A stretch of 64,000 bases of DNA from Gemmatimonadota bacterium (lineage in GTDB: Bacteria; Gemmatimonadota; Gemmatimonadetes; Longimicrobiales; Gaopeijiaceae). The stretch lies in NCBI GenBank assembly GCA_022823365.1, contig JAJDXG010000045.1:30486-94485 (forward strand), given 5' to 3'. This document shows, piece after piece, positions 29,832 through 38,697 of this stretch (its first letter is position 1; the number at the start of each line of letters is the position of its first letter). The notes under the pieces are model-generated. The model was not told the origin of the DNA. It searched no databases and saw only the letters and a program-made list of their open reading frames with translations. Made by a program: the position numbers and the translations under genes.

Positions 29832-31501
29832 CGGCCGCGCGCCTCGGGGTCAGGACGCTCACGCTGGCGATCCTCCTCGCGGCGGCGTGCGCCCGACCCT
29901 CCGAGCCGGCGGCGGATCTGATCCTCACCGGCGGCGATGTCCTCACGCTGGGATCCCCCGGGACGGTCGAGGCGCTCGCGGTCCGGGGCGACCGGGTGGT
30001 GGCCGCCGGGACCTCGCAGGAGGTCGGGCGGCTCGCCGGACCCGGCACGCGGGTGGTGGAACTGGCGGGGCGCACGGTCCTGCCCGGGCTGACCGACAAC
30101 CACTACCACGGCATCGGTGGCGGTCCCGGGGTCGACCTGTCCGGGGCGCGGTCGCTGGCGGACATCATCGACCGTATCGCGGCCGCCGCGCGCGAGACGC
30201 CGCCCGGCGAGGTGATCGTCACCAACTCGGACTGGCATGAAGGCCAGCTGACCGAGCAGCGGCTCCCGTACCGCGACGATCTCGACCTGGCCGCGCCGGA
30301 GCACCCGGTCGTGGTGGTGCGCGGCGGCCACCAGTACGTGCTGAACAGCGCCGCGCTGGCGCACTGGCGGATCGACGAGTCGACGCCGGAGATCCCGGGT
30401 GGCCGCATCGGCCGCGACCCGGGCGGCCGCCTGAACGGCGAGCTGGTGGATCGCGCCAAGGACCTGGTCACGGTGCCGCCCAGACCCATTCCCGACCCCG
30501 CCACCCTCCTCGACGACCTGGCCGACGAGCACGCCCGGCTGAACGCGCGCGGCCTGACCAGCATCCGCTACCCGGGCGGGTCGGCCGGCCAGTACCGCGC
30601 CCTCGCGCGCCTGCGTGAGCAGGGCCGCCTCAACGTACGCGTCAACTACCTGCTTCGTGGGCCGCGCGCCGGCAGCGTCGACGCACTTACCGAAGCCCTG
30701 GCGACCTGGCCGGCCATGGGCGAGGGCGACGAGTGGCTCCGCGTCGGAGGGGTCAAGCTCGGCGTGGACGGGGGCTTCGAGGGCGGCCTCATGCGCGACC
30801 CGTACGAGGAGCCGTGGGGAGAGGGCGGCACCTTCCACGGCCTGCAGACCGTGCCCACCGACGCCTACATCGCCACCGTGCGCGAACTCCACCGCCAGGG
30901 CTGGAGGGTCGCCACCCACGCCGTGGGAGACGCCGCCATCGACCTCGTCCTGGCCGGCTACGAGGCCGCCAACACCGACGCGACCATCGCCGGCCGGCGC
31001 TGGGTCATCGAGCACGGCTTCATCCCGCGCGACGACCAGTTCCCCCGCATGCGCGACCTCGGCCTCGCCGTCACCGCCCAGCACCACCTGTACGTCGCCG
31101 CCCCGAGCCTGGTGCAGTACTGGGGCGCCGACCGCGCCGCCTGGACCACCCCCGTGCGCGCCTACCTCGACGCCGGCATCCCGGTCTCCCTGGGCAGCGA
31201 CTCGCCAGTCGTCCCGTGGGATCCCTGGTCCGTGCTCCACCACTTCACCACGCGCGGAACCATCAGCGCGGGCGTCCACGGCGCCTCCCAGCGCATCACC
31301 CGCGAGGAGGCCCTGCGCGCGATGACGCAGGGGTACGCCCACCTCACCTTCGAGGAAGCCGACAAGGGCACGCTGGAGGTCGGCCGGCTCGCCGACCTGG
31401 TGGTCACCGCGGAGCACTACCTCGACTGCGCCGACCCCTGCCTGGAGACCATGCAGGTCGACATGACGGTCGTGGGGGGCAGGGTTGTGTACGAGCGGTA
31501 G
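29813..31501 (+). CDS. amidohydrolase (Amidohydro_3 / YtcJ-like) lipoprotein
   Basis: Lipobox LLAAACA, then ADLILTGGDVLTL, PGLTDNHYHG, ATHAVGD and SLGSDSP. It overlaps the TAXI gene end by 19 nt. Confidence 0.85.
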   Translation: MAGRSVAAARLGVRTLTLAILLAAACARPSEPAADLILTGGDVLTLGSPGTVEALAVRGDRVVAAGTSQEVGRLAGPGTRVVELAGRTVLPGLTDNHYHGIGGGPGVDLSGARSLADIIDRIAAAARETPPGEVIVTNSDWHEGQLTEQRLPYRDDLDLAAPEHPVVVVRGGHQYVLNSAALAHWRIDESTPEIPGGRIGRDPGGRLNGELVDRAKDLVTVPPRPIPDPATLLDDLADEHARLNARGLTSIRYPGGSAGQYRALARLREQGRLNVRVNYLLRGPRAGSVDALTEALATWPAMGEGDEWLRVGGVKLGVDGGFEGGLMRDPYEEPWGEGGTFHGLQTVPTDAYIATVRELHRQGWRVATHAVGDAAIDLVLAGYEAANTDATIAGRRWVIEHGFIPRDDQFPRMRDLGLAVTAQHHLYVAAPSLVQYWGADRAAWTTPVRAYLDAGIPVSLGSDSPVVPWDPWSVLHHFTTRGTISAGVHGASQRITREEALRAMTQGYAHLTFEEADKGTLEVGRLADLVVTAEHYLDCADPCLETMQVDMTVVGGRVVYER

Positions 31502-31506
31502 GGTCC

Positions 31507-32652
31507 TCAGACAATCTCGCCGGCGTGCAGCCGTCGGAGAAACCCGGGGTAGGACATGATGTCGATGTCATTAACCCGGCGGGTGTCGCTGGCAGCGCTG
31601 ACGATGATCGCCTTGCGCGGCTTGAACTCCTCCATGAACGCCCTCATCGGCCGCAGATCCCCTGGCCGGACCCGGCTCTTCACTTCCAAGGCCACCTCAC
31701 CGCGCCCAAGCACGAAGTCTACTTCCAGCCCGGTCTTGGTGCGCCAGAACTGGATGGGGAAGTCCTTTTCCTGGTAACTGCGCGCAGCGATGATCTCCAG
31801 CAGGATGAAGTGTTCGAATGCGCGGCCGAACTCCGCTCCTCCCGGCGCGGTGAGTCTTCTTCCACACACATGTCCCGCCACCCCGACATCGAAGAGGTAG
31901 AACTTCGGTGCCGCGGAGATGCTCTGGCGTCCGGCGCGGCGATGAAACGGGTAGATCAAGTAGCCGACCAGGGTGTCCTGAAGAATCTCGAAATACGTGC
32001 GCACGGTCTTCGCGCTGACCCCGCAGTCGCTGGCGATGGCCGAGTAGTTCAGCAATTCGCCATGGCAGTAGCGCAGCGTCTCGAAGAAGCGAACGAACGC
32101 CGCCGTGTTGCGAGTCAGCGCCTCGTTGATGACCTCCTGGGTGAGGTAGTCGCGCACGTAGGCGGACAGCGAGCGATGCGCGTGGGGTTTGCCGTGGATG
32201 CCGGGCAGGAGGCCATCGTTCATCGCACGCAGAAGATCAAAGTCCGGCACCTCCGGCCACGTCAGCGGAAACATCTCGAACCGCCAGGCCCGCCCCCCAA
32301 GCAGGTTGACGCCCGCGCGCCTGATCTTCCTGGCGCTTGAGCCGCAGAGCAGGAACGACATGCGGCGGGATTCGATCAGCCGGTGCACTTCGTCCAGCAG
32401 GCCGGGCACTTTCTGGATTTCGTCGACGATCACCGGCCTCGCGAGAGCTTGCGGCGCGGACCGCAGCTCCTCGCCCAGACGCGACGGGCGAGCACTCAGG
32501 CGCAGCATGACATCAAAGTCCAGCAAATCGACGTAGACGCTGCTCCGGAATCGTTTACGGAGGTATGTGGACTTGCCCGTCTGGCGCGCACCCCAGAGAA
32601 ACGCCGACTGCCCCGGCGGCAGGTCGATCTCAAGCGTTCGGCGATAACTCAT
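31507..32652 (-). CDS. AAA-family ATPase with DUF4143 (AAA_14 type)
   Basis: Walker A GARQTGKSTYL, Walker B-like VIVDEIQ and a C-terminal DUF4143-like region (GELLNYSAIASDCGVSAKTV). Visibly lower GC than the neighbouring genes. Confidence 0.85.
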   Translation of the reverse strand: MSYRRTLEIDLPPGQSAFLWGARQTGKSTYLRKRFRSSVYVDLLDFDVMLRLSARPSRLGEELRSAPQALARPVIVDEIQKVPGLLDEVHRLIESRRMSFLLCGSSARKIRRAGVNLLGGRAWRFEMFPLTWPEVPDFDLLRAMNDGLLPGIHGKPHAHRSLSAYVRDYLTQEVINEALTRNTAAFVRFFETLRYCHGELLNYSAIASDCGVSAKTVRTYFEILQDTLVGYLIYPFHRRAGRQSISAAPKFYLFDVGVAGHVCGRRLTAPGGAEFGRAFEHFILLEIIAARSYQEKDFPIQFWRTKTGLEVDFVLGRGEVALEVKSRVRPGDLRPMRAFMEEFKPRKAIIVSAASDTRRVNDIDIMSYPGFLRRLHAGEIV

Positions 32653-32664
32653 CAGCAGTGAATT

Positions 32665-32687
32665 CCTGTTTAGTCAGACTAAACAGG
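32665..32687. repeat. perfect 11-1-11 palindrome (23 bp) just upstream of the DUF4143 ATPase start
   Basis: CCTGTTTAGTC-A-GACTAAACAGG, AT-rich, 13 nt from the ATG at 32652. Confidence 0.8.
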
Positions 32688-32895
32688 ACTGTACTACTGA
32701 TAGGTTGGATCGGCAAGGGATGCGCCCCACGGTGAGTTCTTCGCCGAGAGCCTTCCAGCCCGGGCCGGCGGTGCTGGGTGAAGGCACCTTTTACATCTGG
32801 TCGGCCGAAATGACAAATACGCTTTCCACCTGGAAGCCAACAGCGACCTCAGATGCTCAAGCAGTCTCCGCTCGGTCGCAACGACCTCCCGCCCC

Positions 32896-34560
32896 TCAGT
32901 ACGCCCCGTCGCTCACCGGCCCTGCCGGTCGGAAGCCACGCCCCCGAAGAGCCCGTCCCGGCCGGGCGCCGGTGTGCTCGCCCCCGTCGATCACCAGGAT
33001 CCCGTTGACGATCACGTAGGGAATCCCCACGGGGTAGGACTTCGGGTTCTCGAAGGAGTTCGTCTCGGCGATGCCGTCCGGGTCGAAAAGGGTGACGTCG
33101 GCGACGAAGCCCGCCCGCACCTGCCCGCGGTCCGCAATCCCCAGAATCTGCGCCGGCAGCGACGTCATCTTGCGGATGGCATCCTCCAGTTCGAGCACGC
33201 CCTCGTCGCGAACGTAGTGCCCGAGCACCCGGGGGACGGTTCCGTAGTTGCGTGGATGGGGGACGCCGGGGGCATCCAGGTTGATCGCGGATCCGTCGCT
33301 GGCGTGCGCGACCCAGGGCTGGCGCATGATCCGGCGCACATCCTCCTCCGACATGGTGTGGAAGATGCCGCTGATGCTGCCGCCTTCGGCCGCCATCAGA
33401 TCGATCACCACGTCGGCGGGGTCGTCCACGCCCAGCTCCTCCGCGATCTCGGCCACGCGCATGCCCTCGTAGCGGCGAACCTCGGGCAGGCTGGCCCGGG
33501 CGAGCACGATGCCTTCCCACCAGCCGTGCTCCTCCGCCCAGGCGATGAAGTCGGGGTCGTTCTTGATCCTCTCCCTGAGCGAGTCGTCGCGCAGCCGGCG
33601 GGCGAACGCGTCAGGTCCGTCCTCCCGGACCCACAGGGGAAAGAAGGAGCTCCACCCGTGGAACATCGCCGTGTACGGGTACTGGTTTGCCGTGATGTCG
33701 AGACCCCGGGCGCGAGCCCGGGCGATCTGATCGATATGGCGACCGATGGTGCCCCAGTTGTTCCGCGCCCGGATCTTGAAGTGGAACAGATGGACGGGGA
33801 TGTCGACTTCCTCGGCCACGCGGATGGCGAAGTCGATCTCGCCCTCCTGCCGGTAGCCCTCGCTGCCGTGATGCGAGGTATAGTTTCCGCCGTAGGAGGC
33901 CACGACCCGGGCCAGCTCCAGGACCTCGCCGGGATGGCGGGGGCCGCCGCTGCCGAATCGGGTCACGAGGCCCCAGGCCCCTTCCTCCATCGACCGGGCG
34001 GTCAGCTCCTTCATGCGCTGCAGCTCCGCGGGGGTCGCCGGGCTCTCGTCGAAGCCCTTCACCACGCGGCGCACCTGATGGTACGAGACGTGGGAAATGA
34101 GATTCATCGAGATGCCGCCTTCCTCGAGTCGCTGGAAATACCCGGTGAAGGTGGTCCAGCCGTCGCCGGGAATGTCCATCCCGTCGCGGGGCGCCTGACT
34201 GCTCGACTCCCCGGCGACGTCCAGCGTAACGCCCTGCCGCACTTTGCTCTGCGCCGTGCCGTCGTTCAGCAGGCGACCGTCCGAATGGGTGTGCAGGTCG
34301 ATGAACCCGGGAGCGACGACGAGTCCGCTGGCGTCGATTACCCTCGTCGCGTCCGCATCGCCGAGGTGTCCCACCGCCACGATGCGGTCGTCGCGGATGG
34401 CCACGTCTCCCGCGAACCACGGGTTTCCGGTGCCGTCCACGATGCGTCCCCCCGTGATCAGGATGTCGTAGGGACCCGGACCGGTCTGCGAAGACAGCGG
34501 AAGTGGACCGTTCAGCGCGAGGAAGAGGATGAAGACCAGCGGAGCGCGCGCGATGTTCAT
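32896..34560 (-). CDS. N-acyl-D-amino-acid deacylase (D-aminoacylase) family, signal peptide
   Basis: ORF 32896..34782, with the start moved to ATG 34560 (MNIARAPLVFILFLALNG). YDILITGGRIVDGTGNPWFAGDVAIRDDRIVAVG and PGFIDLHTHSD are classic for D-aminoacylases. Confidence 0.85.
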   Translation of the reverse strand: MNIARAPLVFILFLALNGPLPLSSQTGPGPYDILITGGRIVDGTGNPWFAGDVAIRDDRIVAVGHLGDADATRVIDASGLVVAPGFIDLHTHSDGRLLNDGTAQSKVRQGVTLDVAGESSSQAPRDGMDIPGDGWTTFTGYFQRLEEGGISMNLISHVSYHQVRRVVKGFDESPATPAELQRMKELTARSMEEGAWGLVTRFGSGGPRHPGEVLELARVVASYGGNYTSHHGSEGYRQEGEIDFAIRVAEEVDIPVHLFHFKIRARNNWGTIGRHIDQIARARARGLDITANQYPYTAMFHGWSSFFPLWVREDGPDAFARRLRDDSLRERIKNDPDFIAWAEEHGWWEGIVLARASLPEVRRYEGMRVAEIAEELGVDDPADVVIDLMAAEGGSISGIFHTMSEEDVRRIMRQPWVAHASDGSAINLDAPGVPHPRNYGTVPRVLGHYVRDEGVLELEDAIRKMTSLPAQILGIADRGQVRAGFVADVTLFDPDGIAETNSFENPKSYPVGIPYVIVNGILVIDGGEHTGARPGRALRGRGFRPAGPVSDGAY

Positions 34561-34732
34561 CGGGACAGCCTTTGTCGGAGGGCGAGGTGTCAGGGCCGGG
34601 ATGGAGGTGTTCCGGGCCGAGCGTATGCCGACCGCCCGGCGTGCCTTACAATTGGTGGCCCCGAACCAGGACCGGCAATGTCCGGTGGCCGACAGCCTCC
34701 GGGACACCCGGCGACCCACCCACACGCCCCCC

Positions 34733-35896
34733 ATGACCCCACTCACCTGCCAGAAAGCCGCGTTCTCCCTCGACCCCGACATCCACTACATCAACTGCGC
34801 CTACCTGAGCCCGCTCCCGCGGACCGTCGAGGAGGCCGGCATCCGGGGCATCCGCGCCAAGTGCGCGCCCAGCGGGATCGGTCCCGCCGACTTCTTCGAC
34901 CCCTGCGACGAGCTCCGCCGCAGCTTCGGCCGCCTCGTCAACGCTCCCGCGGACAACATCGCCATCATCCCGGCAGCCTCATACGGCGTGGCGACCTGCG
35001 CCCGCAACATCGACGTGGCGCGAGGCTCCAACATCGTGCTCACCGCGCGGCAGTTTCCCGGCAACGTGCACACCTGGCGACGGCTCGCCCGCGAGCGCGG
35101 GGCGGAGCTGCGGGTGACCGATGCGCGCCCCGGCCCCGGCTGCGGCGAGCGCTGGAGCACCCGCATCCTCGAGGCCATCGACACCGATACCGCAGTCGTC
35201 ACCATGGGCGCCATCCACTGGACCGACGGCACGGTCTTCGACATCGATGCCATCGCCTCCCGCGCCAGGGAAGTCGGTGCATACCTCATCGTCGACGGCA
35301 CGCAGTCGGTGGGCGCAATGGAGTTCGACGTGGCCCGCATCCGTCCCGACGCGCTCATTTGCTCCGGTTACAAGTGGCTGATGGGGCCGTATTCCATCGG
35401 CCTGGCCTACTTCGGACCGCGCTTCCTGGACGGCGTCCCCCTGGAAGAGACCTGGATCGGCCGCGAAGGCAGCCGTGACTTCGCCGGCCTGGCGGGCAAC
35501 TACCCCGACAGCTACGAACCCGGGGCTATCCGCTACGACGTTGGTGAACGCAGCAACTTCATCCTGGTGCCGATGATGAACGCCGCGCTCGAACTCGTGC
35601 TCGGCTGGACGCCCGCCCGCATCGCCGAGTACTGCGGGAATCTCACGGGCGAGCTGGTCGAGCGTGCGGGAGAGGCCGGATTCGGGGTCGAGGATGGTCC
35701 CTGGCGCGCCCCCCATCTCTTCGGGCTTCACACCCCCGACGGCCTCGACCCGCGAGCCGTGAGCGAGGCGCTGGCCGCTCGCAACGTGCACGTGTCGCTG
35801 CGCGGAACGGCGCTCCGCATCTCGCCCCACGTCTACAACGACGAAGCGGATGTGGCCGCGCTCTGGGATGCGCTGCGATCGGCGCTGCCTTCCTAG
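34733..35896 (+). CDS. class V aminotransferase-fold PLP enzyme
   Basis: ORF 34529..35896, with the start moved to ATG 34733. LIVDGTQSVGA and CSGYKWLMGP (the PLP-lysine region) fit the NifS/IscS-like fold-type I class V. Confidence 0.8.
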   Translation: MTPLTCQKAAFSLDPDIHYINCAYLSPLPRTVEEAGIRGIRAKCAPSGIGPADFFDPCDELRRSFGRLVNAPADNIAIIPAASYGVATCARNIDVARGSNIVLTARQFPGNVHTWRRLARERGAELRVTDARPGPGCGERWSTRILEAIDTDTAVVTMGAIHWTDGTVFDIDAIASRAREVGAYLIVDGTQSVGAMEFDVARIRPDALICSGYKWLMGPYSIGLAYFGPRFLDGVPLEETWIGREGSRDFAGLAGNYPDSYEPGAIRYDVGERSNFILVPMMNAALELVLGWTPARIAEYCGNLTGELVERAGEAGFGVEDGPWRAPHLFGLHTPDGLDPRAVSEALAARNVHVSLRGTALRISPHVYNDEADVAALWDALRSALPS

Positions 35897-36267
35897 TTCA
35901 GAACGGCGCCCGCCACTTCGGGCGGGGCCCGGAAGTGGAAGCGCGGGATCGGAGCGCGGAACAGGGAGCCGTCCGCCCGCCGGAAGTGATAGAATCCCTC
36001 CATGTGCCCATTCGGGCCGCGGAGTACGCAGAAGCTCTGATAGCGGTGCGCTTCGCCCGGCCGCAGCGTCGGGAACTCTCCCACCACGCCCTCTCCTTCG
36101 ACTTCGTGGTCGCCCGCGACGGGATCGTGGATCAGCCAGTGGCGCCAGAGCAGTTGCGCCGTCTCCCCGCCCACGTTCTCGATCGTGACGTCGTAGGTGA
36201 AGACGTACTGGTGGACGCGGGGATCCGAGTATCGGGTCGCGTACTCGGGACGAACCGTGATCGTCAT
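35893..36267 (-). CDS. apaG: ApaG (DUF525) protein
   Basis: 124 aa from ATG 36267. YVFTYDVTIENVGGETAQLLWRHWLIHD and GEGVVGEFPTLRPGE..Y.S are ApaG hallmarks. Confidence 0.85.
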   Translation of the reverse strand: MTITVRPEYATRYSDPRVHQYVFTYDVTIENVGGETAQLLWRHWLIHDPVAGDHEVEGEGVVGEFPTLRPGEAHRYQSFCVLRGPNGHMEGFYHFRRADGSLFRAPIPRFHFRAPPEVAGAVLN

Positions 36268-36458
36268 CGTGTCCGCCTCCACCGGCGGGCGGGCGCCGCC
36301 GCCCCCTGCCGGATTCGAGGATACGCCGTTCCCGTCGCTCCCCTGTTCCCGCCCGGGAGGTTCGGTGGGTCGATGGCTTCCCACGGTCGATCCGCGCTCG
36401 CTAGATTGGTTCCTGCCTTTTCGCGTTCCTCCCAGACCCTCGCACAGGACTCGCCGAC

Positions 36459-36950
36459 ATGCAAGGAGCCATGCTTCTCCCCGAATTCGATCACGAGAGC
36501 CAGAACACACGCCGGATGCTCGAGGCCATCCCCGACGAACATCTCGAGTACCGCCCCCACCAGAAGTCGTGGACCATGCGCGAACTCGCGACCCACGTCG
36601 CTACGGTGGGCGGCTGGACCCGGCCCACCTTCGAGCAGGACGAGATCGACCTGTCCCAGCCCTGGGAGGCGCAGCAGTTTGCAAGCACCGCCGAGATCGT
36701 CGCCGCCTACGACGCGACCATCGCCGACGCGCGCGAGGCCCTGGAGGCCGCCTCGGCGGAAACTTTTCAGGAGATGTGGACGCTCCGTTCCGGCGACACC
36801 GTCCACTTCACCATGCCCAAGGGGATGGTGTTCCGCTTCTTCGTCATGAACCACATCGTGCACCACCGGGCCCAGCTCGCCGTCTACCTGCGCGGGTGTG
36901 ACGCTCCCGTGCCGGGGATGTACGGGCCTTCGGCCGACGAGGGCTTCTGA
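36459..36950 (+). CDS. DinB-family protein
   Basis: Four-helix DinB pattern with His residues: RELATHVA and VMNHIVHHRAQL. Confidence 0.8.
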   Translation: MQGAMLLPEFDHESQNTRRMLEAIPDEHLEYRPHQKSWTMRELATHVATVGGWTRPTFEQDEIDLSQPWEAQQFASTAEIVAAYDATIADAREALEAASAETFQEMWTLRSGDTVHFTMPKGMVFRFFVMNHIVHHRAQLAVYLRGCDAPVPGMYGPSADEGF

Positions 36951-36991
36951 GGCTGGAGCCGCGCACCAAACCACACCTGGAGGAGGCCGCC

Positions 36992-37405
36992 ATGAAGCGT
37001 TGGGGACTGTGCATACTGAGAATCAGCACGGGATGGCTACTGGTGATGTGGGGGCTGGACAAGCTCGTCAACGTCGACCACGGAGTGGCGGTCGCCGACT
37101 CGTTCTACTTCGGGATCGGCACCAGCGCTCTCTTCCTCAACGTGTTCGGCGTGCTGGAGGCGCTGCTCGGCGTGCTGGTCGTGCTCGGGCTTTGGCGCAG
37201 GCGCGCCTACCCGGTGATGTTCCTCATCCTGGGCGTCACCGCTGTGGCCGTGTGGCGGTCGATACTCGACCCGTGGGGCTGGTTCATCGAGGGTGCGAAC
37301 GTGCTCTTCTACCCGTCGATCATCATCGCGGCGGGCGCGGCCGTGCTGTGGGGCACGATGGATGAGGACCACATGACCCTCGATCACCGCATGGGCGGGG
37401 GCTGA
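36992..37405 (+). CDS. DoxX-family membrane protein
   Basis: 137 aa with four TM helices. LRISTGWLLVMWGLDKL is a DoxX-like start. Confidence 0.65.
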   Translation: MKRWGLCILRISTGWLLVMWGLDKLVNVDHGVAVADSFYFGIGTSALFLNVFGVLEALLGVLVVLGLWRRRAYPVMFLILGVTAVAVWRSILDPWGWFIEGANVLFYPSIIIAAGAAVLWGTMDEDHMTLDHRMGGG

Positions 37406-37448
37406 AGCTGACGGCGCACGACCGCCGACCGCCAGGAGGACGTGCGCG

Positions 37449-38696
37449 TTGGGCCGCCCGCCGGATGAGCGGGGCCGGGAGTTGATCGGGCGCACGGGTA
37501 CGGTCGCGTCAAGCGACCGCATCATCAGCCTTGATGTCCTGCGCGGCTTCGCCGTGCTCGGCATTCTGGTCATGAACATCCAGTCGTTCGCGATGCCGTC
37601 GGCGGCGTACACCAACCCCACGGCCTACGGTGACCTCACGGGCGCCAACCTGTTCACCTGGGCGGCGAGTCACCTGCTCGTGGACGAGAAGTTCATGACG
37701 CTGTTCTCGCTCCTGTTCGGTGCCGGTGTCTGCCTGTTCGCCGAGCGCGCGGAAGCCCGCGGCGGCCGTTCCGGCGGGCTGCACTACCGGCGCATGTTCT
37801 GGCTGCTGCTCATCGGCCTCGCGCACGGATACCTGCTCTGGTCGGGAGATTTCCTGGTGACCTACGCGGTGTGCGGCTGCCTGGTATTTCTGCTGCGGGA
37901 CCGCGCGCCCGCGGCATTGTTCGTAACGGGCCTGGTGGTCATGTCCGTGGCGAGCTTCCTGTCCTTCAGCGTCGGCCTGATCGCGCCCGCGCTCCCCGAA
38001 CGGGAGACGGCGGACATCGCCGCCGCCTGGGCGCCCGCCGCCGCCGAAATCGAGGCCAGTCTGCGCGCGTACCGCGGCGGCTGGCCGGCACAGCAGGAAC
38101 AGCGGGTGCCCGATACCCTGATGATGCAGACCACAGTCCTTCCCTTCCTCACGCTGTGGAAAGCTGCGGGCGTCATGCTCCTGGGCATGGCGCTGTACCG
38201 CTGGCGAGTCCTCGACGCCACTCGCAGCGACGCCTTCTACAGCCGGTTGGCGTTGTTGGGATTCGGAGTCGGGACGCCCGTGGTCGCGGCGGGAATCTGG
38301 TGGAATTTCGACGGCGGATGGAGCTGGGAGCGCTCCTTCTTTCTCGGCCTCCAGTTCAACTATTGGGGAAGCCTGGCGATGGCCCTGGGCTACGTCGGTC
38401 TCGTGATGCTGGCCATCCGGCACCGGTGGTTTGCCGCTCTGCAGGCTCGCCTGGCCGCCGCCGGGCGCATGGCGTTCACCAACTACCTCGCGCAGACCGT
38501 CGTGTGCACGACTATCTTCTACGGGCACGGGTTCGGGCTGTTCGGGAGCGTCGAGCGCTGGCAGATGCTGCTGGTCGTGTTCGGGGTGTGGGCCCTCGAG
38601 CTATGGTGGTCACCTCTGGTGCTGCGACGCTACCGCCATGGCCCGCTCGAGTGGGGCTGGCGTACGCTGACCTACGGAAGGACTATGGGGCGGTAG
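37449..38696 (+). CDS. DUF418 (YeiB-like) membrane protein
   Basis: RIISLDVLRGFAVLGILVMN, plus C-terminal GRMAFTNYLAQTV and GPLEWGWR, which are typical of YeiB/DUF418. The track start is a TTG codon. Confidence 0.8.
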   Translation: MGRPPDERGRELIGRTGTVASSDRIISLDVLRGFAVLGILVMNIQSFAMPSAAYTNPTAYGDLTGANLFTWAASHLLVDEKFMTLFSLLFGAGVCLFAERAEARGGRSGGLHYRRMFWLLLIGLAHGYLLWSGDFLVTYAVCGCLVFLLRDRAPAALFVTGLVVMSVASFLSFSVGLIAPALPERETADIAAAWAPAAAEIEASLRAYRGGWPAQQEQRVPDTLMMQTTVLPFLTLWKAAGVMLLGMALYRWRVLDATRSDAFYSRLALLGFGVGTPVVAAGIWWNFDGGWSWERSFFLGLQFNYWGSLAMALGYVGLVMLAIRHRWFAALQARLAAAGRMAFTNYLAQTVVCTTIFYGHGFGLFGSVERWQMLLVVFGVWALELWWSPLVLRRYRHGPLEWGWRTLTYGRTMGR

Positions 38697-38697
38697 C

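Noticed and set aside
29666-31417. 583-aa minus-strand ORF
   Set aside because: It runs antisense to the amidohydrolase gene, which shows the expected metal-binding motifs. No motifs appear in the antisense frame.
32974-35478. 834-aa plus-strand ORF
   Set aside because: It is mostly antisense to the D-aminoacylase gene and out of frame with the class V aminotransferase. It has no recognisable domains.
35893-35896. CTAG shared by the stop codons of the convergent aminotransferase and apaG genes
   Set aside because: This is a real 4-nt overlap, but it is a trivial consequence of the palindromic TAG/CTA sequence. No functional inference follows.
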